Positions 63,555-64,000 of a stretch of 64,000 bases of DNA are shown here, in pieces. Origin of the DNA: an uncultured Pelagibacteraceae bacterium (GTDB lineage: Bacteria > Pseudomonadota > Alphaproteobacteria > Pelagibacterales > Pelagibacteraceae); contig CACEMD010000004.1 in assembly GCA_902560625.1 (NCBI GenBank), positions 22,351-86,350 of the forward strand. Reading direction: 5' to 3'. Under the pieces are notes generated by a model. The model saw only the letters and a program-made list of their open reading frames with translations. It was not told the origin of the DNA and made no database searches. Positions within the stretch are counted from its first letter, which is position 1. The number at the start of each line of letters is the position of its first letter. The position numbers were made by a program, and so were the translations under genes.

Positions 63555-63621
63555 GTGTTTAAATAAATACTTTATTTATTACTATAATACATATAACTAT
63601 TGTCGCATATATAATAATTTT

Positions 63622-63636
63622 TGATAATGATTATCA
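63622..63636. promoter_or_regulatory. Possible Fur-family operator
   Basis: Perfect 7-1-7 palindrome TGATAAT-G-ATTATCA spanning the hemB ATG. Confidence 0.4.
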
Positions 63637-64000
63637 CTGGAAAATACCCAAATTTAAGGTTGAGAAGAAATAGGAAAACTGAGTGGTTAAGACGTCTTAT
63701 TAGTGAAAACAATCTTTCAGTAAATGATTTTATATTACCAATTTTCATAATAGAGGGAAAAAACAAAAAAATACCAATTAAAAGTATGCCTGGAATTTAC
63801 AGATACTCAATTGATAGATTAAAACAAGTAGTTGATAAAGCTATTACATTAAAAATACCAATGGTAGCAATTTTTCCATATGTAAATAAGAAATTAAAAA
63901 ATAATTCAGGATCTGAAGCGCTAAATAAAAATAATTTAGTATGTAAAGCAACAACATTAATCAAAAATAAATATAAAAACAATATAGGAGTTATGTGTGA
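63627..64000 (+). CDS. hemB: Porphobilinogen synthase, 3'-truncated by window edge
   Basis: MIITGKYPNLRLRRNRK..WLRRLISEN.L...DFILPIF...SMPGIYRYS...GVMC. Confidence 0.92.
   Translation, partial: MIITGKYPNLRLRRNRKTEWLRRLISENNLSVNDFILPIFIIEGKNKKIPIKSMPGIYRYSIDRLKQVVDKAITLKIPMVAIFPYVNKKLKNNSGSEALNKNNLVCKATTLIKNKYKNNIGVMC

Overview
AT-rich, very compact chromosomal segment of a SAR11/Pelagibacterales-like alphaproteobacterium. The assignment is inferred from conserved alphaproteobacterial gene order and near-zero intergenic spacing. It is mostly core genome: argS-nagZ-scpAB-tatABC-serS-yajC-secDF, uvrA/ssb-gyrA-coaD-tgt, recG, dacA-tmk-holB-metG, hom, argC, rplM-rpsI, metY, plsX-ihfA, hppA, the rib operon, nrdR, glyA, hemB, and four tRNAs (Lys, Ser, Pro, Glu). 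Three things stand out. (1) At ~42.6 kb gene orientation flips from mostly + to mostly - (convergent, terminus-like). At that point lies a lone, catalytically intact Cre-like tyrosine recombinase with a loxP/dif-like palindrome (TATTGATAA-N7-TTATCAATA) 8 bp before its start codon, a candidate single-recombinase chromosome dimer resolution system. (2) A 1.64-kb integrase-less element is inserted in tRNA-Lys. It has a perfect 45-bp att duplication, arm-type repeats at both ends, a PD-(D/E)XK nuclease and an unknown ORF. (3) Next to the recombinase are a ~190-nt GC-rich, highly structured ncRNA (IMES-2-like by recollection) and an unannotated 54-aa membrane protein. Smaller observations include a TGT lacking all four Zn ligands and a perfect 7-1-7 Fur-type box over the hemB start codon.
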